The position numbers were made by a program, and so were the translations under genes. The notes under the pieces are model-generated. The model did no database searches, was not told where the DNA came from, and saw only the letters and a list, made by a program, of their open reading frames with translations. This document shows positions 1 to 14,500 of a stretch of DNA of 64,000 nt, in pieces. Location: NCBI GenBank assembly GCA_964035545.1, contig OZ037765.1:24427504-24491503 (forward strand). Reading direction: 5' to 3'. The DNA is from Bugula neritina. Its lineage: Eukaryota > Animalia > Bryozoa. How positions within the stretch are numbered: position 1 is the first letter of the stretch; every line of letters begins with the position of its first letter.

Positions 1-490
1 AACTTTGTATTTATAGTTCAACTAAAATTCTATATTTTATATTAACCAGTGTACAAACTTGAATTTATAACTTTGGAATACGAGACTTCAACCATTGTTT
101 ACCACGTAATTATGAAAAGCTTATGAAACTGACTGGCATCATGTGCTAGGGGTCAAAGTGCGATGTACAGAGGGTCACACAAACTTTATCAGCAGCCCTT
201 ATGTCCAGTGAGTCAACTGATAACACAATGGATCATAACATGGCCTGGGATAATACCCAGTTCACATTTTTCACTGTGGTGTAAACGGTATATGACACTG
301 TTTTAATTGTTTATACAGCAAAATACAATTCTTATTTGTTTTCTCAATCCGTGTTTGAATTTTTCGTGTTTTTAGAAAAATATCACGATACACTTAGATG
401 TTACACTCATATGATACTGAAATACAAAACAGCCTAACACAAAATCTATGAACATGTGTATATAATTTAACTGGTTGAAAAATACTTACA

Positions 491-1915
491 AATTCCCACT
501 CTGCACAAATATAAGGTCCAGGCCGAATTATAACCAACAAATCTAGTTTATGCGCCATAGTCAAGAAAGCTACCAAATCATGGGCACCATTGAACATAAA
601 TTGTCCTTTTTCAATCTCGTGAAAGTTCCAAGGTACGTAACTAAAAACATGTCCTTAATTACTACATTGTATCATGTTAGAATTCTATTATATATGCATA
701 TGTTATCACTAGCCACATGTTTGCCAAAGCCAACTATGATTGTACAAGAAAGCAATAATTCACTCATTTGTTGAGTGAAAAGTTATTACAGTTTTTCGAA
801 TTTAGTCTATCTACTACACGTGAGTGCATTGCATCAATAAAACCAAGATAACTAGTTTGAGCACCTTAAGAAAACTGCCCTATTTCTGTCACAAAATAAT
901 GTGATATATCACACAAAAACTACATGATGATATGTAAGATCCAAGTGATATAAAGATTTGAATTTAACATACACTTGTATAGCATCCAAACCAGCAAACC
1001 TCATCTTATACAGCCTGTCATACCACTGATCAGGATGCACACGTGAATAGTGTATGCTGCCTACAAATGATACAACAGATTTAGTAGGCAGGGAAGCATG
1101 ACGTTACATTCATTATTGATCAACACTGTAATATATTTCAAATAGTTACCTGATACATAATTGAAAGGTTCGCCATCTTTCAAAAATACACCTGCATCAT
1201 AGTCCACAACAAAACTTCGATCAGCTTGGATTGAGACCAAAACCTGAAACATAACCTCCTGAATAATGTTTTACATTACCATTGTCAACATTGCATTTTC
1301 ATACAGCATCAGATAAGTAGGCACATAATATACACTATCAGTACTATAAAAACATTGTGTACTGATATTGGCAAATTGGTTTCAGAATTACTATTATGAT
1401 GTTTAGCATAGCTAAAGAATTTATTAAAATGGTACAGTAAAAATAAACAAATTGCAAAGCAGCTACTGTAGCTAATAAAAACTACCAATAATTTCAATGA
1501 CAACAATTCCGAAACTGATAAAATAAAACACTTCAAGGCTATGATACAAAGATGAAACTGTCATAAAAACACTTGTACTAGTTAGTTTATCAAGAACTCC
1601 GATTTCAACATTTGCCACTTTTTATACAGTTTCAGATCTACTCAGTATGTCTATAATTAAGTTATGTGCATTATAAAAACAGACTGTATGCAATAACGAG
1701 GTAAAACCTTTCAATTAAAGATTGTAATGAGTATCCAAGAGTACTTTCTAAAAGCAACTTTGCTTTTTAGTGTCTTTGAATTATTTGCTCAGAGCACCTA
1801 AATCAATTGAGTAAATCCCACGCTTTCAGCGATAACATAAATTCTAAATGTTAAAATTCAACGTAAGGATACTTACGAAGCAAAGGCTTGTTAGATAGAC
1901 AGAAAATGATGTCAT
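491..1915 (-). CDS. GLB1: GH35 beta-galactosidase (GLB1-like), 5' exons only (~1877-1915, 1150-1243, ~973-1060, ~491-641); gene presumably continues left of the window
   Basis: Spliced translation [13 protein letters not shown]|[32 protein letters not shown]|[29 protein letters not shown]|YVPWNFHE...[16 protein letters not shown]. Signal peptide plus hallmark GH35 motifs; GT-AG junctions in phase. Confidence 0.9.
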
Positions 1916-2258
1916 TTTTTCGACATAAAAAGTTCTACAAAAAATAAACAAACTGAGATAATACGTGCAGTGAAACAATTTAAGAAAACAAAAACATGAT
2001 TTAACTATGCAAATATATTTTCCATTAATCAAACCTTTTTCAGTGAACAGTTTAGGCAAATATGCAATACATAAAGGAACGGTTATCTAGTTATTAAAGC
2101 CTAGCTAGAATCTACAGCATTATTGCATCTAAAACAATTGAATCTAGAAGAATGGATGTAATTTAAAACTTAAATTTTTTAATAGCCTATTATTAATCCT
2201 TCCTTTCCCCAATATACTTGCAATAAGGTGCAGTATATGGTACAGTAACAATGTTACT

Positions 2259-2290
2259 CTGAAGATGGGCACAGTGGTGTCCGAAATATT
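2259..2290 (+). other. Degenerate Penelope-type minimal hammerhead-like motif
   Basis: CTGAAGA-T-GGGCAC(agtg)GTGTCC-GAAA: hammerhead core boxes around a stem II, with AATAAA shortly downstream. Stems I/III are not convincingly intact. Confidence 0.4.
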
Positions 2291-2639
2291 AATTAATTAC
2301 TTTGCTTAATAAAGTAATAAAACCACAATGTTTCTCGTATACTTATTCATATTTTTTAATGTATCACAATGACATGTTGGCTCACTAACATAAGCTGCAC
2401 TAGGGAATATATACCTAGATATTGTTTTATTTCATTATATATGTATATAATATAACAACTATTATATAATGCTTCTAGTAATAAATTTGATAACAGAAAT
2501 ATTTCATTATTACTAGCAATAATAAAAAAATAAAACAGGCTTATTTAAAATTTAATTTATTCCTAGTTTAAAAACGCTAAATGACATAGCAATACATAGA
2601 AATGCTTTAACAAAGACAAAGAATAAGTATTCATTTACT

Positions 2640-3480
2640 AGATTAGTGTGAGTGTATGAATCCTAGTTCCAAACCCAACAGTAGCTGTAAGATTAAGTGC
2701 AACAGTAACTGTAAACTTCCAACACTGAAGTCTGTAAGCCTAAGAGTAAGTGCAACACTAACAGCACGAGTATGAGTCACACTAACTTACCAACAGTAAC
2801 ACTAACTAGTAACTAAATTGTAATTGTCACTATCATTGTGAATAATTATGATTATGACTGTCATTCTGATTTTAAGAATTCTATCAGATTTAGTAAGAAT
2901 ATGTTTATAAGTCACAGTATGAGAATGACTAGGACTATCACTATGAGTATGAGTATGGCTATGACTTAGACTATGAGTATAACTATGGGTATGATTATGA
3001 GTATGAGATTCACTTTGAATGTCAGTATCACTTTCAGTATGAGCATCATGATCAATCAAGAGCCAGAGCCCAGAGCTGTAGCACGACTAAAAAACTAATT
3101 TACTACTTTTTAATATTATCAATAATAGGTATAAATACAAGGATTTATACCATTATTGATACTATCACTTTGACTCTAAGTATGACTATCACTATGGGTA
3201 TGACTATGACTATGATATTAACTCAACTATGACTACGACTATGAGTATGAGATTTACTTTCACTTTGAAAATGAATATCAGTATCACTTTCAGTTTCAGT
3301 ATGAGCATCAATCAAGAGCTAGAGCTGTAGCACGACTAAAAAATTAATTTACCAATTTTTAATATCAATAATAGCTATAAATACAAGGATTTATAATCAC
3401 TGTAAACTAATTTACAACTATATCAATATGTATTGAAACCTTGAATTACGATTATGATAGTCATAGTAATTATAACAATT
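2640..3480. repeat. Degenerate hexamer (ATGAGT/ACTATG-type) low-complexity tract containing an imperfect ~150-bp duplication (~3000-3150 vs ~3245-3395)
   Basis: Repeated atgagt/atgact units; shared block agagctgtagcacgactaaaaaa...tataaatacaaggatttata in both copies. Confidence 0.75.
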
Positions 3481-4085
3481 TTTCGTTGAAAGAAACATTG
3501 GCGATTTGCCAGTCGATACTTGAGCACGATTGGCTGTCGGATTCTTATTATAATTATCACGCTGGTCTTACCAAGGCTAAATTATTGGTTTCCCACGTGA
3601 TGCAGCGTTGTAAATAATAGAACTTATGGCTTGTGGGTGTATAACTCTGTAACATGAATTCTGCACTGACTATGCTTACACATCGCCTGCTAATTCTTTC
3701 AACACTAATACAGCAAAATATTTATTTCAGCAAGACCAATATTAAATTTATTTATAGCTCTAATGCTCATAATTTAGGACACAAAAAGGTTATTGCTGTT
3801 TTATAAATCATCAAAATATTATATAGATAAATTAGAAAGTCCACAGCTTTGGAGACATTTGGCATGTATTATTTCACGATAATTTTATTTGAGCCAGAAT
3901 GAGATAATCATGTGTAACTTGAAAAAATTGCTTCTTTCTTAAAATATAGGTAAGCCTGTAAATATTTTTTCTAAAAGATTTGCTGCAAGTCCTGACTGCC
4001 TAACAAATAACATATAAGTATAATTGAAAAATTGACATCAAAAATTGTCCGAACAGTTAGGTGAAAACTTATGGTGGCAGATCTT

Positions 4086-4395
4086 TTACCCCTCATTCAC
4101 ACTTTGTCGTATTCTATGCTGTAACGTAAAAATATCAGCTATTTTTAATGTGTCCGGGCTGAAGTTTTCAAAGTTTGCTATTAAGTACGATATATGACAC
4201 TTCATTGGATAATTATATCCAATGAGCTGACACAAAAGTTTTTCTGTCCAATAGGAACCCGCCGCAACCTGTTTGAATCAAGCAGTGCTTGATCCTAGCG
4301 TACCACAACACCGTATAGGAAGCTCAGACATTGTAAAAATAGCTGATATTTTACATTACTGCGTACGATATGGCAAAGCATGAATGAGGAGGTAA
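4086..4395. mobile_element. MITE / non-autonomous DNA transposon with ~75-bp imperfect terminal inverted repeats
   Basis: Left end ttacccctcattcacactttg...aaaatatcagctattttta is the reverse complement of right end taaaaatagctgatatttt...caaagcatgaatgaggaggtaa; TA (or TWA) flanks. Confidence 0.75.
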
Positions 4396-4399
4396 GTGG

Positions 4400-4580
4400 A
4401 CCGAAGACTATGCCTAAACCACACTAGTAAGTAGCAACGCCATTTTAAATGCTTCTGTTTCGAGGCTATAGCATAAGGCCGATTAACCCTCCTTGATATC
4501 CTTCTTGACATCACCCCTGGATTAGAACATACCACTTGGCACTTACTATACCAGTGTTCTAACCACTAGGCCGCAGCTGC
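4400..4580 (-). mobile_element. tRNA-derived SINE (3' boundary approximate)
   Basis: Minus strand A-box GGCCTAGTGGTTAG (~4560-4572) and B-box GTTCTAATCC (4519-4528), then GGTGATGTCAAGAAGG, similar to the body of the copy at ~49550. Confidence 0.6.
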
Positions 4581-5539
4581 TACTTTTAACTGTCTAATAT
4601 TGTTCAGCTTGAGATATAATATGTTACCAACAGAATATTGCAAACAAATTATGTTATTTCAAGCAGTTTCTTTACAAAGTGTCTGCACATATGACTCCAG
4701 TATATCCTCTTAAAGAATTACCTGGCAAAACTTATTTATGTAAAAGCTGATAAGACATACATCGTACATGCTATGTTAGAGTTCATATTATTGTTGCCAT
4801 TTTTGATTGTTGCAGCCAATTGAACTAAAACTTTTAGTTCCATGGTTGCAGCATTCGTTTGAAATCCCTCAATTTTTCTCGTACGATTCTTTTTTCGTGT
4901 CAAATAGGCCTTTATGCTGTCATTTTGTATATATAATGTGTGATTATAGTTTTTTACATGAGGCTCTAATCTTTGTTTGGAATGGCATGGTTGAAGGTGA
5001 GCCTGAAACCCTCAAATGAGTGTTGGAAATTAAGGTACCTCTTAAAATCACCATACCTATACACACTTCCCACCATATAATATTATTATGCTGCCAATAC
5101 TCAAGCTATAAAACTTTCAGATGATAAAGCAATATATCAATATATCAGTTTCCACACATTAATTGATAACAGAGAAATAGCTGTTTTACACACTTAAAAA
5201 GACTTTATAATGTAGTTTATTGATAAAAAGATAAATAACATATATATGGCATATATTCAAAATATAAATGTGCACAAATTGATCATTGTATATGAATAAT
5301 GTATTGGAATCAGTTAGCCTGTGTACATATCTTTACTTGCCTGCCATGTGACAATTAGCAATTTATGCAGTAACTTAAACCAAACTATAACTAAAATAAA
5401 ATAACACTCATAGTGATGAAAGTATGGAAAAAAAAAGATTGTTTGTATATAAAAGTTAAGTGTTACCGTACTATAAGTTTCACTTTATACTATATGAGCA
5501 CATCAAGAGACAGTTACTTCACACTTCAGCATTTAAGTT

Positions 5540-8500
5540 TTAGCTATCATCAATATCTTGAATATCGTTTTCATTTTCAATTCCTTTATTTGCATAGTAC
5601 TTTCTAACAACACTCCTCCAATTGATTGCTTTTTCTATTCTTTCAGGTCCAGGCAAAACATTCTTATCTATATAAACCGCGTAACAAATATAAACATATC
5701 GCACATTGTATTTCTAAGCCAATTACAAACAAACCTTTTAAACATAGGTTTTCAATATTTTTTCCAATTGATGTAACAAGGTAACTGAATAAGTATCATT
5801 CAAGAACAATTTTTGCATTTTTTAATATTATCAGAAAAATGTCTTACCATCTGGGGCAACCCTAGTGCCTTTAATAGAGGTGGGCAAAGCATTTGAGTTA
5901 TAAGAATGATCAGTATCTGCATTCACACTGTGGGAGTTCAACCCTTCCTCATTATCTACTAGTTGTTGGCCTGAAGCTGTACAAACTTTACCTAGTAAAC
6001 AGCATAAATTGGTATCTCAAATAGGTGCTAAACAGTATATAATATAACAACAGCTCATGCAGAAGTACATAAGATAAGATTAAACTTTTATTCTAATAAA
6101 GTAAGTTTTGGTATTAATAGCAATCAGAACACAATCCTTTCAACTTTGAGCCATGAAACATTATCCAGTATACATTTCATGATGCCAAAAAAATTTATGT
6201 AAGTCTCTGGCTATTTACAAATGTTAGTTTATATTTTCAATTCCAGTACGAAGTTTGCAAACACCTTACATTGTAAGAACAAAAACAAGAAGCTTAACCT
6301 GCAATGCTTATGTGAATAGATATTTCTACCTTTATGTTTGATCAGAACCTTGAGATATATTATGAGTTTGACCAGCAGGTTGATTGGGGAAGGAGTGGAG
6401 GAGGTCTTGTTCATGTTCCTGATAAGCTTGGCACGGCCAAATTTCCATTCAGTGTCAGATTGAGCTTGTATTCGTTGGTAGGTATCTGACATCATAGCAA
6501 TTAGTAGGTTGATGAGAACAATGACAGAGATGAGAAGGTACAACCCAAACACAACTTTTATTATGGTTCTGGACCAGTTGGGAGTAGAATGTACTGGAGG
6601 TAGATTTTCTGGATCTACCAAGCCAAACAATGAAAAAAATAGCAACTCAAAAACATCATAAACTTTGAGATAAATAGCATTTGCATTGCCATTTCCTTGT
6701 CCAAGTGCCTCGCTAGCATCTCCATCATAAGGATAGACTTGCTGGTAAATAGCAGCAATATAAAATGTAAATCCAAACATGAAAACAGCAAGTATTACAA
6801 CGAATTTCACTAAATCAATAACAAGTGATCCAATGATGATAGCCCAAGGCCCAAACAAATGGTGAAAAGAAAGAAAATCTAATATTTGGACAAAGCAAAG
6901 AGTGAGAGAAATTCCTAAAAACTGATTTCGAATATATAAACATGTTCGCATATCATTCCCTTCAAGAAAAACAGCCACAACCTGAGTAACAGTGGCTGCA
7001 ACACCTAAAAACAGTATCAGGAGTTTGATGAGGCCAAGTCCATTGCGATCTCCAGGGTTGGTTAGTTCTGCTACTAATAAACCAGAGAACCATAAAAGCA
7101 ACACCCATTCAATAGGATTTGGAACAGCACTTTCTGCATCAACAATTCTATAGGGTGGAATAGCAGCCACAGCTACCAGAAAGCCAATGAAATAGACATG
7201 AGATACCAGGTATGACATGAATTTGAATATTGGAACATTGCAATACCTATGTCTCAGAGGCAATGAAAGAACCAACCATACAGGTGGGCATATAGTAAAT
7301 GCTAAGAAGAAAAAGAAAATCTTCCATGTTTTCCAATTTATTCCACCCATCCAGACATCAGATAAGTATTTCTGAATAGTTGGATGAGACACAACTTCTT
7401 TCTGGCCGCAATCTATAAGCACATCCAAAAAGGGTAACCCGAGCCGATCAACAGAGGTGAGTAACACTCGAGGAGAGTTTTCACTGGCAGCTATAGCCAT
7501 CAAATCTGTTGCCATTTGCTCGCAAAACTGTGATGCTGCAACTAACTCTTTTGCTCTCTCTTTTTCTTTTGAAGAAACTTCTAGAAACATTTTCGACATC
7601 TTTGCAGCTGTTTCACACGGTGCAGGTGAAAGGTTGATAAATTCTTCAATAGACTTTTGGTCATTGATTCGGCCACATACCATCAGATCAAATACAAACT
7701 ACAATCAACCAGAATCATCTTTAGTATCACTAACAAATGCTACATAATAATATATTCTTATATTTTTATATCTTGCATGGAATTTTTCAAGTCAACTACA
7801 AAAGGCTTTGATTGCTAAAATAGATGCAGTACCATTAAAAGTCATAGATAAAGACGAAGATGAAGGCCTTTGTGTAGCTAATTAAGCTAGATTTGGAACA
7901 AATTTGCTAGTTGTCAAATATTATTCAATTGCAGTAATAAAGAATTTTTAATAACATCTGTTTATTATTTTTTTCTTATGAATTTTCGTTTGAGGCAAAA
8001 GTTAAAATTTTGATGAGAACATAACTTCTTTTGCTACAATTTTTGTTTAACAGACAGGCTTTTTCCAATTTCTCAATTACTGCACGTATTTTGCAAATGT
8101 TTACTGAGACAAATAGTATGTAAAAATTTGTAGGTTTAATTTTTTACTGTGTTCAACAATTAATATTCGCAAGCATAGGGTATAAGTATGGGAAAGTTAA
8201 ACTCATACACAGCCATTGCAAATAAGAAAAGATAACAAGTTATGAAAATACTTGAGACTTTTAAGTTATGTTCAAGCCAAACTAGGTGGGCTGAACTATA
8301 TTATGCAAAATGTAATGAAATCTTTAGTCAGCCATCATTTTGAAGTAGAAAATTACTCTACATGCTGTACTTTACAGAATATGTAAATCTGTATTATACC
8401 AACTGGTTGGATTGTGAGAAATACAACTCAAGGTTATAAGCTTAACTCATATCAGAAAGACTATTGCGCTAAACTGTACTGATGGCTATACTTATAAGTT

Positions 8501-11500
8501 ATAGTATAACACAATGTGCAAGTGGGCATTTCAAACTCGTAAGCTTATTCATATATTATTTAATTACTCTACTTCATACTATAGATGTATTCAAACACAG
8601 TTACTATTTTTAGCACTTCTCAGGTAAAACCTCAAATAAAGTTTATTTAACAAGCTGCTTTAAATTGCTGATCTTTAGGTTCTAGCCTTAAAATTTGTTA
8701 AAATCTATACCAGTTAAATTAATAAACCATATTAATGGTTCATATACTTTTTTATCATTCATGAGAGAATAGGTGTTATGCTCTTTCTTCATAAGGAAGC
8801 TGAGGACATCCACGTGAATAAATGCAGCTGCATGACAAATGGCAGTTTTCTGATCATTAGACTCTATAACTGTAGACCCTCCCCCATCAGTTAACAACTT
8901 GACAACTTCTAGATGACCAGCTTGACTAGCATAATGAAGAGCTGTCCAGCCATTCTAAAAATATATTATACCCTGATTTAAAATGTATTTACACAAAATT
9001 TGCACCTTGCCACAATAATCACAAAATGTAATATAAATATAGACACAAGTTAAATGTAAACAAACCTCATCTACAGCATTTATCTCGGCACCTTGCCCGA
9101 GTAGGAGAGCTATCATATCTAACTGTCCGTGTTTAGCTGCCAGGTGAAGACCAGTTTTACCATGCTTGTCAGCCACATGGATCAGATTAGTATCTTTGCT
9201 GAGTAGAAGACTGATTACTGCAGTGTGTCCATTCTGAGCCGCCAAGTGTAGGGGTATGGAACCGTGTAAAACAGTTGCAGCATCAGCTTGGACCCCTGGA
9301 GAGTTGAGGAGAACACGCACCAGACCTTGATGACCTGACTGAGCCGCTAAGTGTAACGGTGTCAGACCATGCTACACATAAAATATGAAACAAAGATTAT
9401 CAAAATAATATAGTGGAGTATGTCAAAAAATATAATTATATTGCAATTTGGAAGTAAATTGTAAAATTATGATATGAAAGCATAGTTATAGTAATTAGTA
9501 CGTAATTTTTAAGAACATATTAATAGTATTAAATGCTCTATGATCTGTAGATGTAAAGATAGCTGAACAAAATTTTTAAAATCAAATAATATTATAACAT
9601 TAAATGTTAGTAAAAATGGGAAAAACTGTTTTGAATTATAAGCCATGCATAGGCTATGCTTGTTTTACATGCACATGATACTAAAAGCAGCAACTTACTA
9701 AAGTGTTGGAACTAGCCATATTATAAACAGGTATTGTTTCATTTTATTTTTAAATTATAAAATTCAAGTGAAAATTAACAAAGAAAAAAACTTAGCAACT
9801 GCATTTTTGTTGCATGTGAAGAAAAATTTCCAAAATCTTTACACAAACTTTTTATATTAAACAGACAGGATCTTGCAGCTTGTTGGGTATAACTTCACCT
9901 GTTTAAGAGCATAGGCACATATATATATATACATAAATAATATTATGATAATGTATTGTAAAAAGCAATTTTCTCACTAAGTATTTTCTTGTCCTTTATT
10001 TCATATGACTTGCATTTATAAAGTTTATGTTGGCATCATTATTATTGCTCACAATTAGTGTTGTCATAACTTTTGTAAATTAAACTATGCTATTGCTGTT
10101 AGTGATAGAAATAAAATCAATCAATCAATAATATGAGGCAAAATTTAATGCTGCTAATTTAAAGACACTCAATAAAGAAGCCACACAAAGTGCAAGTGAT
10201 TTGATTGCAAATTCTTACATGATGCGATCCCAAAGAAAGAGTGCAAGTGACAAATCATGTGCAAAGCTGATTAATAGTTAGTAACAGCAAGCAATCAAAC
10301 TGGTTAAGAGGATATGTGAATCATCAACAGAAGTTCCTACGCCAGAATTTAGAAAAAATTTAAATTTACTCACGGATTAATTAAATCTATAAGGACCCAA
10401 ATTGCACAACAGCTTGATTAAAAGTGGTCTTAGCTTAAGAATGAAGCCCAAAGCATTGCCAGCGAATTACTCAAACTTGATTTGCCAACATGTCCAATAT
10501 TTAGTAAGTACATATATGGGTACTATAATAGTTATTTACTGATACTAGTTGCTTGACCACATAAGCAAAGAGATGGAAGATTATAGACACAGCAGAAAGA
10601 CCACACAGTAAGCTGAAGGACACAAGCACGCTACTTACAGGGTGTTCAACTCCAAACTCAGCTAGTGCTTTGCTAGCTGCAATTTTGAATCTGCTCGCCT
10701 TTCTTGGTCGTTTCTACATGTTTTTTATTATATAATTTATAACTTTTAGTTAAATGAAACCACAGTGATAATTATGGCACAGGACAATTAAATAAACATT
10801 ATTGATCTTTTACACACATAATATGAGTCTACCAGAAATTATTAACTTTAACTGTTTTTGAAAGTGAAATGTTTTCTAAACTTAGGCAAGAAGCAAAAGT
10901 AGTAAGTTATAGGTTCACGCTTACTAAACTATGTACAAAAACCAGTGCATAAACTATGTATAGAAAGACATTTGAAAGCAAGAAATCACACTAATCAATT
11001 TTTGTCAACATGAAATTTGGAATTGCTTTCTCTTGCAATTGTAGAAAGTACAGTTGGCTATTAATTCATAGTATCATTTCAAAAATAGGACTTTTTGAGT
11101 GTTCATAATGCAATGTGTACTCATATCTTCGATATGAAATGTAAGATAAACTATAAACCAGTGAAACTGATGCAGCTTTAGAAGACTAAAGGAAGCAAAA
11201 ACGTTAAAAATTTGATTCAATCTAGGCACCCTTTGATATTAACTGACAAATTACGGTAAAGTTATTATATTTATGTCTAATCCTCAGTTGGTTTTGCCAA
11301 CAATTTTGACAAAACATTGTTTCATAATGTACAAAAAGTAAGAGTAACAATTACTACAATAAAGAAGAAGAATAGAAAATGTTCCCAACCTTGCAAGTAC
11401 ACCAACATGAAGCAAGTTACAAAAATATTTTTTAAATAATAAATTCAAATATAACATAATAGTTTTTCAGCTAACCTCTTGATTATCTCGAGCAACTACA

Positions 11501-14500
11501 CTAGCCACTGTAGCGGTGAGTTTGTTCAGCAATTCCCGTACAGTGTTTGTTTGGCCAAAGTGTGCCGCAACATGCAGTGCTGTAAACCCGCTGGTGCTAC
11601 TTGAGGTTGTGAGTTCCAACTTATCTTTGAGTACCTCTAGAACTTCAATGTGCCCATGTTTAGCAGCAAGGTGGAGCGGAGTCATGCCATCCTGTGGTTT
11701 TTAAATATTCCCACAAATAAAATATTGGCAATAAAACAATACTCATGTAAATCATAAACTAAACAGTATCACAAAATAATGCATGCTAATATATGTAAAT
11801 GGGGAAGCACTAAAAAATTGAATACTTACAGCATTTTCTTCTAAGGCATCGGCTCCAGAAGCTAAAAGCACACTGACCACATGATGGTGGCCTCCCTCAG
11901 CTGCCAGGTGTAAAGATGTAGATGCATTTGTCTGCATGAAACATTGGAAAGAAAGTAAGAACTTCCCCAGTAGCTCAGCAAAATAGCTTTCTAAACTACA
12001 ACTTGTAGATCTGTTCTAAAAACTTTTTCTTATTCATGACAAATAAAAAATGATCTACTGATGTGCTATAACAAATCATGCAAATACTGTAAACTTTATA
12101 ATCTTAATGATTCGCCTATCCTCAGACAAATTCAAGGGTACAAAATAAAACTTACACTGTTTTTTGCAGTGCAGATGACTGATTTGTTGAACTTCATAAG
12201 TTCTTTGATAACACCTACACACCCTTTAGAAGCAGCTATATGAGCGTAAGTCATTCCTTTCTAAAAGCAGTAATTCTGATGAGAGATTAAAGCATTGTAC
12301 ACACCCCTATGTTATAAGCAACATAATTATTATACTATAAATCTAGAAGTAGCAAACATGAAAAAAATTATTGGTTCTAAATTTAGAAGACTATCAACAA
12401 ATTATCATCTGTAAGAAAACAAATCATATAAGCACCAGTTTTGTATAAATTGCTTGAGAAAGCTATCAAATAATAATGAAGCATTATAGTATGGAAATTT
12501 GTCAGTTTAAACAGTTACATGCATAAGCTATAAAATATATGTTGATGTGAAATAATAACACATAATGTTTACTACATTCAGTACATGCCAATAATTGACA
12601 GTATGCTCACAACAACTTTGGATTTAATATGTACGTAAAGAAAAACATAGGCTATATTTAAATCAATGACAGATAATACTCTAAACTAAAAAGTAGCAAC
12701 GACAATTATGAGAAAATAACATAATATAAAATAATATGATTATAAACACTGAACTTACATTATCCTTTAAAAAGAAGAGAAAAAACTAATGTAAATAACA
12801 CACAGCATAAAAGCAAATAGTAGTATTCATAGTCAACATCATAACAGCATTAAAATGCTTCTAACAACTGTTTTTGTTAACAAGAATCAACTTGTAAGTT
12901 GGTAGTTATGCTTCATTGAACTTTTGCAATATGTAAAGATTGTACATGTAGTTGGTAACTGAGTTTTGAAAAAAAAATTGCTAATTAGGTTAAGTCTTGT
13001 GAGTATTGCAGCCAATGAGAGCAAACAAAATATATTGGCTACTTTTTATTGAATGAAAGACTATACAATTTGTAATTATATAAGTTATAACTTATAAGTA
13101 TTCAAGAGCTAATTTTCTAGGAGCAGACTATAATCTGAGGGCATTCTGCAACTGTTTCCAAGTGTGATGCATACTCTTTACATTGTATTTAAAACAGAAA
13201 AATATCTTCAGAGTGCTATATATCAAAATTTGTAATTGTCAACAAGCAGTTGCCCTTCCCCCCTTGCAATGCAGAGAAAGCACAACTATAAATCAAGATA
13301 CTTTGGATGTAATATAAAATAGATTGTAGGTGTGATGTGATATAGATGATAAGATAGTAGATATAAGAGAATGTACATAACAGAGTGTGTATAAAATGGA
13401 GTGTTTGAAAAGAGTGCATATGCAAGAGCGATGCGAGAGATAAAACGAGATTTCACATAAAAACTAAGAGGTAAGATTGTGAGAAGAGACTGTGTAGAAT
13501 ATGATTGCACTCATAAAGTGTTCAACCCGGTGGCCAGGATTGTGAATTACCTCCATACCTACTTAGAAGGCCTCTTGCTCCCAATACAGAATAAAATGGA
13601 AGTAGAGCAAGCAAAATATATTGATACACCAGCCCTTAGGCTCTATAGGAAAATAATAAAACCCAATGGATTGATAATTCAACATGCCAAGGGAGCCAGT
13701 AAATAATTTAAGTATCTATCAAATAATCATAATTGAAAAAAATACCAGTAAGCTTGCATGGCAGACACACAAAAACATGTTGATATTGGTATTACATGTA
13801 CAGGGAAACTAAATTGCTTTCAAATCACATTATTTAATGCAACTCAAATTTAAGTAACCTGAAATAATTTGCTAAAATTACTGGCCTACAATAGAGAAAA
13901 TAGTAAAAAAAAAAAGTAGGCTATGTGAATTGGATAATAAACAAATGCGCCAATCAAAAATAGTTTGCAGGTTGTGTCAAGAGAAATTAAATAAGTTTGC
14001 TGACGAGAGTGTTAAAAATATGATAGAGAGGTCTATAATAGCATATATATACATAACATACAGTGTTAGCCTTAGTGACCAAGCTAGAATCATGTTTAAG
14101 GAAGAGTTTGATGACGTCAGAATGATCATTTTCTGCTGCAAGGTGGAGAGGAGTTTGGCCATCCTACAAAATTAAATTTAAGGTTGTAAGTCAATGATTT
14201 TATATGCTGTTTATGGCAAAAGGAATCAATTACATCACATAAAACAGTGTAGGTCATCAAATTAATCTAATAAAATTTCATCAATCATCCTCACCTCATC
14301 AGGGGCATTTGCATCAGCACCCATATTAAGAAGGGTTGCACACACAGCTTTCTGGCCAGTTTCAGCAGCCATATGCATAGGCGTCTTTTTAGCCAGAGAG
14401 AGGGCATCAACTGCAGCTCCATGCTCCTCTACTAGCAGTTTGGCCAGTTTATTAAATCTGCAGTTTGTATGTAAAACAGTGATGCAATAAAACAATACAC

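Noticed and set aside
2802-3059. His/Ser-rich ORF (similarly 28071-28304, 53342-53560, 54754-55029)
   Set aside because: Translations of hexamer low-complexity DNA.
4515-4580. Functional tRNA gene
   Set aside because: A/B boxes are present but there is no intact cloverleaf; it shares downstream body sequence with another copy, so it is treated as a SINE.
13220-13710. Possible decayed retroelement fragment in a TRPN intron
   Set aside because: Purine-skewed and ORF-like, but no recognisable motif, TSD or terminus.
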